Below the pieces are notes generated by a model. That model ran no database searches. It was not told the DNA's origin and saw nothing but the letters and a program-made list of their open reading frames with translations. A DNA stretch of 64,000 bases from Longimicrobiales bacterium (lineage in GTDB: Bacteria; Gemmatimonadota; Gemmatimonadetes; Longimicrobiales; Gaopeijiaceae). The DNA lies in the NCBI GenBank assembly GCA_965202985.1, contig CBDBCF010000001.1, forward strand, positions 2,624,001 to 2,688,000, in the 5' to 3' direction. The first letter of the stretch is position 1; every line of letters begins with the position of its first letter. Position numbers and translations under genes: made by a program. Below are positions 63,212 through 64,000 of this stretch, piece by piece.

Positions 63212-64000
63212 GAACCCGGCGTCGGCAGTGAGGGCTCGCCGGCCGTGCGGGGGCACGGTCGGCCGGTCATCTGGTTCACGGGCCGCGGGGCGAAGCCGCT
63301 GTGCGCCGCATCTTCCAGAAACTGCTTCGTGTAGACGCGCACCATCGCCAAGCTGCGATACACCTCCACCAGTTCCACTTCGTCGGGCTTCAGGGTTTGG
63401 AGCACCAAGTTGGGGACCGCCGCTTCGTCCAGAAAGACCTGCACCAACCGGGGCGACTTCCCCCGGACGGACACGCACAGGTGATCGCTGCGGTTCGGCT
63501 TGATCTCGAAGCCGGCGGTTCGCTCCCCGACGAACTTCTCCAGCCCCGGGGCTCGGCTTTGCGCCAGTTGCCGCCGCGTGAACACGGCGACCTCGCTGGC
63601 ACCCGAGGAAAGGCGACGGGCTTCTATCCGGTGCAAGAGCCGCTCGACGGTGACCTCCAGTCCGGGCAGCTCGAAGACCATCGGGCTCAGACGGACCACG
63701 AGAACCGCGTTCGAGGGCACGTCGGAGTCTTCGCGGTTGGTCCGGTAGCCGAAGCTGGAGGTGACGAAGGTGTGGCGTCCCGGGAGCAGGTCGGGAAACT
63801 CGAAATAGCCGTTTCGGTCCGTAACCGCGGACCGTCCCATCTCGGCGATCTGGACGACGGCGCCCTCGACGGGGCGCTCGGTGGCGTAGTCCCGCACTTC
63901 GCCGATCAGCGTAAACGGCTCCGGGGGCTGTTCCTGCGCCAGCCCGCCGTCCGGCGCCGGCAAGACGGTCAGGGTCGCAAGGACGCCGGCGACGCTGGTC
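63208..64000 (-). CDS. Carboxypeptidase-regulatory-like domain protein (5' end outside window)
   Basis: LIGEVRDYATERPVEGAVV, TDRNGYF, FGY, C-terminal plug-like VFLDE...EVELVEVY..VRVYT. Confidence 0.75.
   Translation of the reverse strand, partial: TSVAGVLATLTVLPAPDGGLAQEQPPEPFTLIGEVRDYATERPVEGAVVQIAEMGRSAVTDRNGYFEFPDLLPGRHTFVTSSFGYRTNREDSDVPSNAVLVVRLSPMVFELPGLEVTVERLLHRIEARRLSSGASEVAVFTRRQLAQSRAPGLEKFVGERTAGFEIKPNRSDHLCVSVRGKSPRLVQVFLDEAAVPNLVLQTLKPDEVELVEVYRSLAMVRVYTKQFLEDAAHSGFAPRPVNQMTGRPCPRTAGEPSLPTPGS

Noticed and set aside
1..64000. CRISPR array, retron/RT, rRNA or prophage structural genes
   Set aside because: No regularly spaced repeat-spacer series, no YxDD-type RT, no rRNA-like or capsid/terminase sequences seen by eye

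Overview
A GC-rich (roughly 70% by eye) bacterial chromosomal segment with about 55 credible genes. Most long ORFs in the six-frame track are GC-driven antisense or off-frame shadows. The gene content suggests a Gemmatimonadota-type organism (inference only): TonB receptor, BNR/VPS10 protein, six-bladed propellers, carboxypeptidase-regulatory-like proteins, Ig-like/M8 lipoproteins. Core genes include a partial rho, tesA-ybbA-ybbP, a class I aminotransferase, an osmoprotectant ABC transporter, Thr/Ser dehydratase, argR-argG-argH with an ARG box, DAHP synthase, rpiA, rpe, M19 and S10 peptidases, apaG, a serine hydrolase, MscS and tRNA-Leu(TAA). Four accessory patches stand out. (1) 7962-13304 is the best candidate for an undescribed system: a sigma70-region-4/HARE-HTH-like protein, an SBD-HNH phosphorothioate-type restriction nuclease, a divergent SSB-like gene behind a palindromic operator, and a coupled DUF262 (DGQQR) + HEPN pair. 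I read it as a possible modified-DNA-sensing defence island. (2) 19157-21873 holds an Rpn nuclease whose C-terminal small-protein module lies in a separate frame with its own RBS, followed by a lower-GC ABC-ATPase + TOPRIM (PARIS-like) pair. (3) An intact IS5-family element sits in a CTAG site next to a lower-GC propeller gene. (4) 46751-52709 has two paralogous ATPase/PD-(D/E)XK genes bracketing three envelope genes just upstream of the tRNA. Other oddities: a tandem active/Glu-less leishmanolysin-like pair, a probable CTG start for argH, no canonical start ahead of the ArgR N-terminal helix, and a near-perfect SigW-type ECF promoter. No CRISPR array, rRNA, integrase or reverse transcriptase was seen. 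All family calls come from motif recognition by eye; no searches were run.
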